64,000 nt of DNA from NCBI GenBank assembly GCA_048939995.1, contig JBHLOY010000001.1, positions 471,265-535,264 on the forward strand. Direction: 5' to 3'. The notes beneath the pieces were generated by a model. The model made no database searches, was not told the origin of the DNA, and was given only the letters and a program-made list of their open reading frames with translations. Shown here in pieces: positions 19,007 through 29,401 of the stretch. Source of the DNA: Promethearchaeota archaeon (GTDB lineage: Archaea > Asgardarchaeota > Lokiarchaeia > Sigyniarchaeales > SOKP01). Each line of letters opens with the position of its first letter. Within the stretch, counting starts at the first letter, position 1. The position numbers and the translations under genes are program-made.

Positions 19007-19642
19007 TTAGGGGTGAATTTCATTTTTCAATGATTCCATTAAACTGTGGAAATAATTCGCTTCTTTGGTTTTATACAATTGATACCATGCTTCCAACGTT
19101 TCCGGCTTCATTACGCCGGTTTTTTTAAATATTTCATTTGCGAATTCAAGCGGTGCAAGGCCCGTAGCTGTTATCAAGTTACCATCGATAACAGCGGGTT
19201 GATTTAAGTAGAACTCCTCTCCGGTATATTTTGGGCAAGTCATATTCATAAATTCTTTGTCGATGCTGGTGTGGTTTCTCTTATTCAATAGCCCCTTGTT
19301 TGCCAGAGCAATTGTAGCTCCGCAAATTGCGGCAATTATCACATTCTTGTTTATTAAATCAGAAACGATATCCAATATTTTATTATTACTCTCTTCCAAC
19401 CAAGTGTCTGCTCCTGGTAAAATTAGTAAATCACCTTCTTTAAAGGTGATATCATCAACACTCTCATCAGGAGTAATAATAATTCCTCCCATTGTTTTTA
19501 TGGGCTCTTTTGTGTTTCCAATTTTAATTAACTGTATAGGCGGTTTTGTTTTATCTAAATATCTACCGCTATTCAATTCAGCAGTGATATAACCAATTTC
19601 CCAATCTGCCAATGTGTTTAGTATATATAAATATGCGTTCAT
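19007..19642 (-). CDS. DJ-1/PfpI-family protein
   Basis: ADWE, ILPGAD and AAICGAT motifs. Confidence 0.88.
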   Translation of the reverse strand: MNAYLYILNTLADWEIGYITAELNSGRYLDKTKPPIQLIKIGNTKEPIKTMGGIIITPDESVDDITFKEGDLLILPGADTWLEESNNKILDIVSDLINKNVIIAAICGATIALANKGLLNKRNHTSIDKEFMNMTCPKYTGEEFYLNQPAVIDGNLITATGLAPLEFANEIFKKTGVMKPETLEAWYQLYKTKEANYFHSLMESLKNEIHP

Positions 19643-19936
19643 AAAATCTCCTATAGGTTTATGTTTATAAATTTATCGTTTTCTGTAGTGAAGCGAAGGA
19701 AAACACAAGATTATCCCCCTCCATAAATAAACAAAATTCTTTTTTATCTATCGGAACAAGTTAAAAAAAGCATAGCAATTAATCTTGAGAAGAAAATAGA
19801 AAAGGATTTAAGCAATTGGGCTGATAAATACCCTAAGTTAATCCCTAAATTACCAAATTATGCTAAATATATATTACCAAAGCAGATGAGAATTTATAAA
19901 TACTTAAACTAAAAAAAATAGAAAAAAAAAACTTGA

Positions 19937-21214
19937 TTAGGTGCCTTCTTCGTAGCCATGGATGTAGTTATATTGTTCCTCGGTTAGTTTATCTATCTCA
20001 ACGCCCATTGACTGAAGCTTTAGAAAGCCTACTCTATTGTCAATCTCGACAGGTACATCAACCATACCTGGTTTTAATGAGCCTCTGTTTTTGACGATAT
20101 ATTCAGACATTAAGGATTGAAGACCGAACGACATATCCATTACTTCAGCAGGATGCCCTTCGGAGAGCACTAAATTAGCTAATCTTCCCTTAGCAAGTAA
20201 ATAAATTCTTTTATCATCAGGAAAAGTGATTTCTTCGACGTTACTTCTTATTGGCTTGATTTCTTTAGCGTATTCATAAATTTCCTTAGTTGGAATCTCA
20301 ATGTCAAAATGTCCTAGATTACCTAAAATGACTCCATCTTTAAGAGCATCGAAGTTTTCTTTTGTAGGTAATATCACATGTTTGCATCCCGTCGCAGTTA
20401 AAATGATATCTGCGATGGGTAAAGCCTCTGAAATAGGCATAACTTGGTATCCTGCAAATTTAGCTTGGAGTGCTTTAATCGGATCAATCTCAGTAACGAT
20501 TACATTTGCACCCAAACCACGTGCTCTCAATGCCATCCCGCTACTGCAATGACCGAATCCTGCCACGATAACATTCTTACCAGCAAATAAAACGTGCATT
20601 CCATAAATTGCGGCTACGATGCCTTGCCCAGTTCCTAATTCATTGTCAAACTGATTTTTGCATCTCGCGTCGTTTACTGGGAAGAGTGGTACTTTTAAGT
20701 CCCCCCCTTTGTCCATTGCTCTAAATCGCTTAACTCCAGTTGTAGTTTCTTCTTGACAGCCAATAATAATCCCTTCAGTGATCAACTCGGGAAATTCTTT
20801 ATGTGCGGTTACTATCATATCTGCTCCATCATCAATCAAAATATTAGGTTTAGCACCTAAACATTGTCGAATGCACCAATAGAATTCCTCATCAGTATTT
20901 CCGTGCCAAGCAAATACGTTTATACCTTCTTTTACCAATGCAGCTGCTACATCATCCTGAGTTGATAAGGGATTACTACCGCATAGATAAACTTCAGCGC
21001 CTCCTGCTTTAAGAGTCCTTGCTAAATTTCCAGTTTCTTTAGTTATGTGTAAACATCCTGCAATTATTATACCTTCCAAGGGTTTTTCCTTTTGAAACCT
21101 TTCACGAATTACCTTAGCAGTGATAGGCATTTTACTTTCTGCTATATATAGTGCTTCCATCCCTTGATCAGCTAAATTTTCATCTGCAACTTTATAATTT
21201 ACCATTTTAGTCAC
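19937..21214 (-). CDS. ahcY: adenosylhomocysteinase (divergent)
   Basis: CLH, SNPLSTQDD, DDGAD, EETTTG, GHFD and GHPAEVMDMSF motifs. Confidence 0.93.
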   Translation of the reverse strand: MTKMVNYKVADENLADQGMEALYIAESKMPITAKVIRERFQKEKPLEGIIIAGCLHITKETGNLARTLKAGGAEVYLCGSNPLSTQDDVAAALVKEGINVFAWHGNTDEEFYWCIRQCLGAKPNILIDDGADMIVTAHKEFPELITEGIIIGCQEETTTGVKRFRAMDKGGDLKVPLFPVNDARCKNQFDNELGTGQGIVAAIYGMHVLFAGKNVIVAGFGHCSSGMALRARGLGANVIVTEIDPIKALQAKFAGYQVMPISEALPIADIILTATGCKHVILPTKENFDALKDGVILGNLGHFDIEIPTKEIYEYAKEIKPIRSNVEEITFPDDKRIYLLAKGRLANLVLSEGHPAEVMDMSFGLQSLMSEYIVKNRGSLKPGMVDVPVEIDNRVGFLKLQSMGVEIDKLTEEQYNYIHGYEEGT

Positions 21215-21342
21215 TTAAATATATGTATGAATATTAATTTTAATTAATTAATAAACCTTTTTTTGGTTGAGTGCAAATATTTTTATAAATAAGTTTACAT
21301 TTAATTAATAATAATCACATAATTTTGTAATATTGTAATTAT

Positions 21343-22626
21343 ATGAGTATAGATAAAAAACTAAAAGAAATCCAAAAATTTATAAAAAATTTAAATGGAA
21401 AGACCAAGTTCATTGTATCACAAAATTCACATGCGTTAGGACTATCTAGACAGACTTATCAAAACAAACTTGATAGTTTGAGAGAGCAGAAAATAATTAC
21501 TAATTTCACAATAAACATTAATCCAGATATTCATCCCAACAACTTGAAGTATGTAATGCTTGAAATTAAAACTAACCCAAAAGAACCTGAGCTGGTTAAG
21601 GAACTATTAGAAATACCCCAGTTAAGAATGTTGGATGGAATAATTGGAGATTTCTCCTTATTCTCCTTGTTTATCTTTAAATCCCCTGAAGAATATTTTC
21701 AGATATTAAATAAAATAGATAATATAATGGCAAAATCATACTTTAAAAAATATAAAATAATTGAAACTATAAAGGTATATAAGACAAATGGAATTAGCTT
21801 AAGAAAATCTAAAGTGTCTTATGAAGAAGAACTCGTGGAAAAATTAAATCATAAGTTTCAAAATCAAGATGTTGATGAAAATGATAAGGTAATTGTTAAG
21901 ATGTCAGAAAAAGTTGATTTAAATGAAATTGCTAAAAAAATGCAGAATATTGAGTACGATCCTAAGAGATTTCCGGGCCTTATTATAAAGATAGTAAATA
22001 GTAGTATTAAAGTTATACTTTTCTCAAATGGGAAAATAATTATCACTGGTTTAAAGAATGCCGCAAATGTAACTCAAATAATCAATAAAATAATTGAAAG
22101 CATAAAAAAAACTGGAATAAGTTTAGATAAGAAAAATTTTGACTTAAATTATGAGATTGATGATATTGATTATACAATTTTAACCATTTTGCGAGATAAT
22201 CAAGGTCCTAAACCAATATCCACCTATGAAATAAGTAGATTTTTTAAAGATCGATACAAAACAGAAATTTCTCAATCAACTATTCATAATAGAGTGAAAA
22301 AATTAGAAAAAAAAGGAGTTATTTTAAATTATGCAATAAATTTTTGTCCAAAAAAAATCGGTTTTGAAGGAAAATATCTCCTTCGAATAAAACCAAAAGA
22401 TCCATCAAAATATAATGAACTCGCCCTCAAACTAGATATGAATAAATATATTACTGATTTATTTAGAATAGGTGAGCAATTTGGTTTATTTGCTATTGTC
22501 AGAGTAGAAAAAATTGAAGAATATGCGAGGTTTATTAAGGATTTATACACGTCAGAAGAAATTGAAGATACCTTTACAAATTTTGTTTTAGACGAATTAA
22601 TTACCTGTAATAATTTTGTGTTATAG
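21343..22626 (+). CDS. tandem Lrp/AsnC-family regulator with an embedded TBP-like repeat
   Basis: Two wHTH+RAM modules flanking VDLNEIA..IEYDPKRFPGLIIK..VILFSNGKIIITG. Confidence 0.8.
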   Translation: MSIDKKLKEIQKFIKNLNGKTKFIVSQNSHALGLSRQTYQNKLDSLREQKIITNFTININPDIHPNNLKYVMLEIKTNPKEPELVKELLEIPQLRMLDGIIGDFSLFSLFIFKSPEEYFQILNKIDNIMAKSYFKKYKIIETIKVYKTNGISLRKSKVSYEEELVEKLNHKFQNQDVDENDKVIVKMSEKVDLNEIAKKMQNIEYDPKRFPGLIIKIVNSSIKVILFSNGKIIITGLKNAANVTQIINKIIESIKKTGISLDKKNFDLNYEIDDIDYTILTILRDNQGPKPISTYEISRFFKDRYKTEISQSTIHNRVKKLEKKGVILNYAINFCPKKIGFEGKYLLRIKPKDPSKYNELALKLDMNKYITDLFRIGEQFGLFAIVRVEKIEEYARFIKDLYTSEEIEDTFTNFVLDELITCNNFVL

Positions 22627-22701
22627 AGAATAATCCTAATCCCAAGGATTGAAAAAAATATTAATTTAATTACTTTAGAATCATTTCTTTATTTGTAGAC
22701 A

Positions 22702-24780
22702 ATGACTCATTTTTATGAGATATTAAATAAAAAGATCGGTTACTCTAGAATAGGTAGAATTATTTTATCGAAGGATTCTAAGAAGTATGTAAAGACACCT
22801 AATGTTATAATTCCTATGCGAAACTTTTTGATGAAAAATGTAAATTACTTAGATGAATTTGAGGATCATGAAGTCTTTATAATATCAAAAGAAGTTTTTC
22901 TAAAAATTGGTTTTTTTAGAGAAAAATTTAGAAATACTGCTTTTATTTTCACTCACATGGGTACATTAGATACATTTATAGAGATTATTGAAAAAAATAT
23001 TAATGCCTTCTCTAAAGACAATATTATACTGTTAATTCCATTTAATATCCCTACAAGTAGTATTAGCGAAACCTTTACAAGACATGAGATTGAACACTAT
23101 CTTGAATCTGTACGCAATCTTTTACAGAAGTATCAAGAACTCAATTTTGGGTTGTCCATTAAAATTTTTGAATCGCCAGCATTATTCGATCTATATAAAG
23201 AGTTAATAGTAGAAAATAAAAACATTAAGCTATTAAATATAGCTGACTTTTTTGATGTCAATATTAATTTTAGAAAGATTGTAGAACAAATTGTAGATGT
23301 CAAACAAAATCTTGATAATAATTTAGTTTTAATGGCTTCAGGACGAATTATTCCAAAGTATTTCCCGATTTTAGTTTACCTCGGCATTGATCTTATTGAT
23401 AGTTCTTACTTATTATATTTATCATCAGAAAATTTTTATGATACAATCGAGTATCTCTATCCCATTTATAAAGTAAGCTATTTTCCATGTTCATGTTTTG
23501 CATGTAAAGATAAGTTAAAAAACATACAAAGCGCTAAATATTCAATTGAAAAGCTAGATTACTTATGTCTTCATAATCTAATAACCGCGAAAAATTACAT
23601 GAATAAGACAAGGCAGTATTTAAAAGCAGATGACTTTCGAGCATTTGTGGAAAAATCTTCCTTTGATGATATTCTTATCATTTCGATTCTAAAGATATTA
23701 GATCGTCAATATTTTAATTTAATAAGGTTTGAAACACCAATCGCAGAAAGTTTTTCAACCATTAAATGTTTTGGTCCGTCTTCTTATTATCGACCTGATT
23801 TTCAACAATTTAGAGAGAGAGTGATTCAGCATTTTTTACCCGAACCATGGACAAAGTTGATCATCATTTTACCTTGTTCTTCAAAAAAGCCCTATTCTAA
23901 ATCGAAATCTCATAAAAAATTTCAAAGTGTTTTAAGAAAATTCGCGGATTTTCCTGACTTTCAAGAAATCATATTAACCTCACCTCTTGGAGCTATTCCA
24001 AGACAATTAGAAAATATTTATCCTGTAAATTCATATGATATCTCTGTGACTGGTTATTGGGACCATGAAGAGATCAAATTAGCTTCTGAAATGTTAATAC
24101 AGATTTTAAAGAAGTATAACCAAAATATTCCAATTATATGTCATACAAAAGAGAAGGGATATAAAGATATTATCTTGAAAGCAAAATCCCAATTGCCTCA
24201 TAAATTTTATTTTACTGATGTAAATGGGAGTCTGATCAGTTTTAGCTCATTAAAGTCGCTTGAAGATAATGTTAGAAACTTGAAAGCTAATATAGAACTA
24301 GAAGATAAACCTAGCGAAATCCTCTTCTCAAAAACATGGATCCGAAAATTAAATAAGATCACCGACTATCAATTTGGCCCTAATGTGGGAAAAAGTGTTT
24401 TTTCAAAGGAAGTAAAGGTTAAAAAAGATAAACATAATGGGAATCTTAACATAATTAATAATAAAAACAATAAATTAATTGGAAAGTTTTTAAGTAAAAC
24501 TGGTCAGATTGAATTTACTTTATATGGAGCAGAATTAATATTAGAAAGTAGGATAAACTCAAACATCTTAGTTTTCAATGGAGATATAATAAAGGGAAAT
24601 ACCATTTTTAGACCAGGAATTATTGAATTCAGTTCTAATCTTATACCAAATAATTATGCCTTGATATTAGATCAGACAAAGGATAGAGTTATTGGGCTAG
24701 CTAAATTAATAATCGGTTCAAATTATTTAAAAAACTCAAAAAGCGGGAGGGTTGCTACAGTTTATGATAAAATCAGATGA
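22702..24780 (+). CDS. arcS: archaeosine synthase subunit ArcS (TGT-like + PUA)
   Basis: SRIGRI..TP, YLGIDLIDS, LPCSSKKPYSKSKSH, TSPLG.IPR.LE and YD..VTG.W motifs; C-terminal PUA. Confidence 0.88.
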   Translation: MTHFYEILNKKIGYSRIGRIILSKDSKKYVKTPNVIIPMRNFLMKNVNYLDEFEDHEVFIISKEVFLKIGFFREKFRNTAFIFTHMGTLDTFIEIIEKNINAFSKDNIILLIPFNIPTSSISETFTRHEIEHYLESVRNLLQKYQELNFGLSIKIFESPALFDLYKELIVENKNIKLLNIADFFDVNINFRKIVEQIVDVKQNLDNNLVLMASGRIIPKYFPILVYLGIDLIDSSYLLYLSSENFYDTIEYLYPIYKVSYFPCSCFACKDKLKNIQSAKYSIEKLDYLCLHNLITAKNYMNKTRQYLKADDFRAFVEKSSFDDILIISILKILDRQYFNLIRFETPIAESFSTIKCFGPSSYYRPDFQQFRERVIQHFLPEPWTKLIIILPCSSKKPYSKSKSHKKFQSVLRKFADFPDFQEIILTSPLGAIPRQLENIYPVNSYDISVTGYWDHEEIKLASEMLIQILKKYNQNIPIICHTKEKGYKDIILKAKSQLPHKFYFTDVNGSLISFSSLKSLEDNVRNLKANIELEDKPSEILFSKTWIRKLNKITDYQFGPNVGKSVFSKEVKVKKDKHNGNLNIINNKNNKLIGKFLSKTGQIEFTLYGAELILESRINSNILVFNGDIIKGNTIFRPGIIEFSSNLIPNNYALILDQTKDRVIGLAKLIIGSNYLKNSKSGRVATVYDKIR

Positions 24781-25855
24781 AGATAATCCATTAGTTAACA
24801 AAATAAAAGATATTAGAGAAAAAGCTATTTCAAAAAAACAAAGTTTTACTGAAGATCAATTGAATAAACCAGTTAGTTTCTGGATAAAAACTGATCGCCT
24901 TATAAATGAAGAAGGAAAAGAATTTACAATCATTTTAAGAACCAGAGGGTGTAATTGGGCTCTAAGTAATAGTGGGGGATGCTCAATGTGCGGTTATATA
25001 AATGATTCAGGTCCGAATCTTCTAACCAGCAAGCATTTAATAAATCAAATCAATCATTCATTCCAATCAAAAGAAATTGAAAATAAGAAAGAAAAATTTG
25101 TGTTCAAAATTTTTAATTCTGGTAGTTTTTTTGATGAGAGTGAAATCCCTAAAGAAGCTAGAGATTATATTTACCAAAAAGTGCAAGAATATGATAATAT
25201 AAAAGAATTTGTAATAGAATCTCGTCTAGAACATTTAAGCAAAGAAAAAATAGTAGATCTAAAAAAGAACTTAGATAATAAGTATATTGAATTAGCAATT
25301 GGTCTTGAAACAGTTGATGATTACATAAGAAATAGATATATTAACAAAGGGATGCTTTATAGTGATTTCAAAAAAATTATAGAGCTTACGAAAAAAGTTG
25401 GAATAGGTATACGGGCATACTTATTGTTTAAACCACCTTTTTTAAATGAGCAAGGAGCTATAGATGATTGTATAAAATCAATTAGATCACTGATTAATTT
25501 GGGAATTAATACAATATCAATTAACCCATTAAATATTCAGAAAGACACTCTTGTGGAATATTTATGGTATCAAAACCGTTATAGGCCTCCTTGGTTCTAT
25601 TCCTTATTTAAGTGCTTAAGGAATATATATGACCTAAGTAATAATTCAAATGTTCCTCGTATAATTTCGGATCCGACTGGAGCAGGGACTAAAAGAGGAA
25701 TTCATAATTGTTTAAAAAGAGAGTGTAATCATAGAATGATAACTATCCTCAAGGACTTTGTCTTATCCCAGGATTTCAACTATGTAGATAATAAAGAAGA
25801 TTACCAAAACTGTGATTGCTTGTTAAAATATCGCCTTCAAAAAAATTATCATTGA
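24752..25855 (+). CDS. raSEA: archaeosine biosynthesis radical SAM protein RaSEA
   Basis: ILRTRGC.W...GGCSMCGY, FNSGSFFD, ESR, YLLFKPPFL and YRPPW motifs; follows arcS. Confidence 0.9.
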   Translation: MLQFMIKSDEDNPLVNKIKDIREKAISKKQSFTEDQLNKPVSFWIKTDRLINEEGKEFTIILRTRGCNWALSNSGGCSMCGYINDSGPNLLTSKHLINQINHSFQSKEIENKKEKFVFKIFNSGSFFDESEIPKEARDYIYQKVQEYDNIKEFVIESRLEHLSKEKIVDLKKNLDNKYIELAIGLETVDDYIRNRYINKGMLYSDFKKIIELTKKVGIGIRAYLLFKPPFLNEQGAIDDCIKSIRSLINLGINTISINPLNIQKDTLVEYLWYQNRYRPPWFYSLFKCLRNIYDLSNNSNVPRIISDPTGAGTKRGIHNCLKRECNHRMITILKDFVLSQDFNYVDNKEDYQNCDCLLKYRLQKNYH

Positions 25856-25964
25856 TTTTGCTTAAAATTTTCTATTTTTGTAAAATTTCACCCCAAAAAG
25901 ATTATATTTAAATATGACCTTTCAATTTTCTACTCTATATTTTATTAACTAAATAGGGTAAACC

Positions 25965-26213
25965 TTGAAAAACTGGATTAAGCTTAACCTATTCTATCTC
26001 GGAAAATCTAAGAAACATCATATTTTCAGAGTAAAAAAATGGAATAAAAATTTTGAAATAGTTTTTCATAAATCTATTTTCAATGAAAGTTATAAAGAGA
26101 TTGGTGTTATCAAAGAAATTTTTGGTCCTATTAATTTACCTTTCATATCAGTTAAAGCTTCACCTAATCAACAATTTAGTTTAGATAATCAATTTTATAT
26201 TAAAATTCGCTAA
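25965..26213 (+). CDS. gar1: H/ACA RNP protein Gar1
   Basis: IGVIKEIFGPINLPFISVK; conserved gar1-tfb adjacency. Confidence 0.78.
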   Translation: MKNWIKLNLFYLGKSKKHHIFRVKKWNKNFEIVFHKSIFNESYKEIGVIKEIFGPINLPFISVKASPNQQFSLDNQFYIKIR

Positions 26214-26261
26214 TATTTTCTTGGAATTTTAAAAATTCAAAGGGTGTAGAATATTTCGATT

Positions 26262-27203
26262 TTGAATGAGCTTAAGAAAAAGCAAATCGACATTGATGAT
26301 GAGATTTGTACCGAATGTGGAAAAAAAATTATAAAGAATGTTGAATCTTTATTAGTTTGTGAGGAATGTGGCTTAGTCCATTCAGATAATCATATTGATC
26401 GTGGTCCCGAATGGAGAGCTTTCGATGCTGATCAAAAGAAGAAGAGAACTAGAACTGGAGCACCGATGACTTACATGATACACGATAAGGGTTTAAGTAC
26501 AATGATTGATTGGAAAAATAGAGATATTTTTGGGAAGGAAATTCCTGCTAAGTCAAGAGGGCAAATATATAGACTGCGTAAATGGCAAAGTCGAATAAGA
26601 GTATCAGATGCTACAGAAAGAAACTTGACTTTTGCATTAAGTGAGTTAGATCGTATGGCTTCTAACTTAGATCTGCCCAAAAATCTTCGTGAATGTTCTG
26701 CAAAAATATATAGAGATGCTGTTGATGCACATCTTATCAGAGGAAGGAGTATTGAAGGTGTAGCTGCTGCAAGTTTATATGCGGCATGCAGAATGTATAA
26801 AATACCTAGAACCCTTAATGAAATTGCTGAAGTAGCGCGTGTTGATAAAAAAGAAATTGGTAGATCATTCCGTTTTATATCAAATGAGTTAATCCTCAAT
26901 TTAAATCCAACTAAACCACTTGATTTTCTCACAAGGTTTATATCTGAATTAAAGCTTACTCAAGATTGTCAAAAAGTCGCTAAAAAAATTATAAAAATAG
27001 CAGAAGCATATGGATTAACTTCAGGTAGAGGACCAACGGGAGTGTGTGCTGCAGCTATATATGCAGCTAGTATTTTAACTAAGGAGAGGAGAACTCAGAG
27101 AAAAATAGCAAATATAAGTCAAGTTACTGAAGTCACAGTTAGAAATAGATTCTCAGAATTAATAGAAAATTTAGATTTAGGTATTTCAATAAAGAAGAAG
27201 TAA
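26262..27203 (+). CDS. tfb: transcription initiation factor TFB
   Basis: Zn ribbon, GPEWRAF, HDKGLST, RGRSIEG and VTEVTVRNR motifs. Confidence 0.97.
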   Translation: MNELKKKQIDIDDEICTECGKKIIKNVESLLVCEECGLVHSDNHIDRGPEWRAFDADQKKKRTRTGAPMTYMIHDKGLSTMIDWKNRDIFGKEIPAKSRGQIYRLRKWQSRIRVSDATERNLTFALSELDRMASNLDLPKNLRECSAKIYRDAVDAHLIRGRSIEGVAAASLYAACRMYKIPRTLNEIAEVARVDKKEIGRSFRFISNELILNLNPTKPLDFLTRFISELKLTQDCQKVAKKIIKIAEAYGLTSGRGPTGVCAAAIYAASILTKERRTQRKIANISQVTEVTVRNRFSELIENLDLGISIKKK

Positions 27204-27318
27204 ATTCAATTATTATATTCCTATTTCATAATAATAAAGAATGTTATCTCAATATTACAACCATTAAAGTTCTTTTTTTTTCAATTTTAAAATATCAGGA
27301 ATATATTTTCTAGTTAAG

Positions 27319-27678
27319 TTGGATTTTATGAAAATGGAGAATACTAGGTTAATTAATCAAAACGAGGTTAATTATTTTCTTCATAGAGTAAGACGACACT
27401 TCCCTAATTTTGTAGCAGGAGTAATTACAGACCGAAATGGGTTTCCTATTGGTTCAAGTATATCGAATAGACTATGGGTTCATGAAAATACTTTAGCCAT
27501 TTGGGCAATATCGAAAAACAAGGAAAGAATTATAAAAGATCCAAACCTGATCCAATTAAAGTTTGATATCGATAAAAACAAGAGATATAAGCTATTTATA
27601 TTATTAGAGAAAACAAAGACTTATAAAAATGGAATAAAGCCATTAAAAGAAATTATTAAAACACAAGAATTATTTTAG
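27319..27678 (+). CDS. divergent roadblock-like protein
   Basis: AGVITDRNGFPIGS motif; adjacent to a clearer roadblock gene. Confidence 0.5.
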   Translation: MDFMKMENTRLINQNEVNYFLHRVRRHFPNFVAGVITDRNGFPIGSSISNRLWVHENTLAIWAISKNKERIIKDPNLIQLKFDIDKNKRYKLFILLEKTKTYKNGIKPLKEIIKTQELF

Positions 27679-27858
27679 AGCATTAAAAAGAGTCATTCTC
27701 AACTTTATTAGTTTTATTCATAGCGTAAGACTGATTAAAAATAAAGGAATTAAGTTTTTATAGTATTAGTTTTATTTTTATTCATAAATAATAAAAAAGA
27801 ATGAACAAGATATTATTTGAATTTATTTTAAACCTAAAAAAAACTGAGGTTTGAGTTA

Positions 27859-28329
27859 TTGAATTATTCTCAAGATGAAATGGAATTAAAGAAAATTATT
27901 AGAGAGATAATCAATAGCACACCCGGTTTAAAAAATGTAATTCTTATTGATGATACAGGTATTACAATAATGTATGAGGCTAAGTTTACCTTCTTAAGTG
28001 AAGAAGATATTTCAGTTGAAAAAATAGGGGCTATAGGTGGTGCTGTTTTCACAGCTGGAGAAGAACAAGGGCATATATTAGGTTATGGAGAAATTAATCT
28101 CCAAATAACAGAGTATCACAAGGGGATGATTTTTTCAATGAAAGTAGGTAAGGGAATCCTCTGCATTGCCTCAGATAAAAACGTACAAATAGGTTATGTT
28201 CGTGCGATCATGAAGAGATATGCTCCTCGAATTACTGAGATTTTAGATCACTATTTAAAAGCTGATCAAAACGAGATGAGCAAAGAATTAAAAGAACTAT
28301 TTAATTCAGATACAATAAGTTTAATGTAA
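27859..28329 (+). CDS. roadblock/LC7 domain protein
   Basis: VILIDDTGITI, IGAIGGAVF and QIGYVRAIMK pattern. Confidence 0.8.
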   Translation: MNYSQDEMELKKIIREIINSTPGLKNVILIDDTGITIMYEAKFTFLSEEDISVEKIGAIGGAVFTAGEEQGHILGYGEINLQITEYHKGMIFSMKVGKGILCIASDKNVQIGYVRAIMKRYAPRITEILDHYLKADQNEMSKELKELFNSDTISLM

Positions 28330-28410
28330 TTAATAATGTAGCCTAAAACACTAACTCTTTTTTATCATTTCAAGGATATTCCTAAAATCAAAAAAGTTCT
28401 CTCGTGTTAG

Positions 28411-28544
28411 GCAGATATGGGAATATAATCATGTATCCTGTGAGGGTTACTGACTCAAACCTCATCGCATTGGAATTTACCTTTGCTAAGTTAAGAGCCC
28501 ATTTATTCAGGATAAGTATTGATTACTAAATTCAGGATGTCTGC
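28411..28544 (+). ncRNA. candidate structured RNA
   Basis: Closing stem GCAGAUA/UGUCUGC; inner UAUCCUG/CAGGAUA and GGGUU/AGCCC; followed by an oligo-T tract. Confidence 0.35.
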
Positions 28545-28657
28545 ATTTTTTTGCTCATATAATCATCTTAATCATATATGTCCTCGAATAATGCTAATAT
28601 TCCATCATCATTTTCCCACTAATATAAAAGAGAATATGATTAAAAAATTTATATATT

Positions 28658-29401
28658 CTATCTAATAAGGGTTAATATTTCATCATAGGAACCAAGAATT
28701 TGGCGAATATTATAATCATTCAGTCCTTCGTTAGGTCTACCTTCGAAAATTACTTTTCCATCATTCAGAAATAACATCTTTTCAGCCCAATTTTCAACAA
28801 AGAAGAGGTTATGCGTGGTAAATAGTATCGTTAATTTCTCTTTTTTCCTTAAGTCCTCTAAAATACTTAAGTGATTATAAATTGATTTAAAGTCAAGGTT
28901 AGCAAAAGGCTCATCTAATATCAATAATTTAGGTTTCATTACTAAAATTCCCGCTAAAGCTGCTCTTTTTTTTTGCCCCCAAGATAATTCGAATGGTGAA
29001 AATTCCTTATAATCAGATAATTTTACTGCATCTAAAGCCCAACTAACTCTTATATTTACCTCTTCATCATCTAACTGTAAATTTCGAGCTCCAAAGCCGA
29101 TATCTTCTCCTAATGTTGGGGCAAATAATTGATCATCGGGGTTTTGAAATAGAAAACCTAGTGATTTTCTTATTTCCCATAGTTGTTTTTTATTTCTAGT
29201 TAATAATTGACCAAAAATTTTTATATTTCCTGAAGTTGGTTTTAATAACCCAACTAATAATCGCAAAAGAGTTGTTTTTCCAGAGCCATTATTTCCAATT
29301 AAAGCATAAATGGAATTTTCTTCGACTTCTAAACTTAAATCTTTTATCTCAAATCCAGAATTATATCGAAAATTTAGATTTTGAACTTTTATTGCAAAAA
29401 T
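28658..29401 (-). CDS. cbiO: ECF/Cbi transporter ATPase (ATT start)
   Basis: Walker A GNNGSGKTT lies upstream of the listed TTG; GGAGGT RBS 9 nt before the ATT at 29401; FQNPDDQ, LSWGQKKR and LDEP motifs. Confidence 0.9.
   Translation of the reverse strand: MFAIKVQNLNFRYNSGFEIKDLSLEVEENSIYALIGNNGSGKTTLLRLLVGLLKPTSGNIKIFGQLLTRNKKQLWEIRKSLGFLFQNPDDQLFAPTLGEDIGFGARNLQLDDEEVNIRVSWALDAVKLSDYKEFSPFELSWGQKKRAALAGILVMKPKLLILDEPFANLDFKSIYNHLSILEDLRKKEKLTILFTTHNLFFVENWAEKMLFLNDGKVIFEGRPNEGLNDYNIRQILGSYDEILTLIR

Noticed and set aside
28440-28500. 5S rRNA (GGGTTAC...AAGTTAAG resemblance)
   Set aside because: Lacks the CCGAAC loop and the 5S helix layout
28555-28615. C/D box sRNA on the minus strand (ATGATGA)
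   Set aside because: No properly placed CTGA D box or terminal stem
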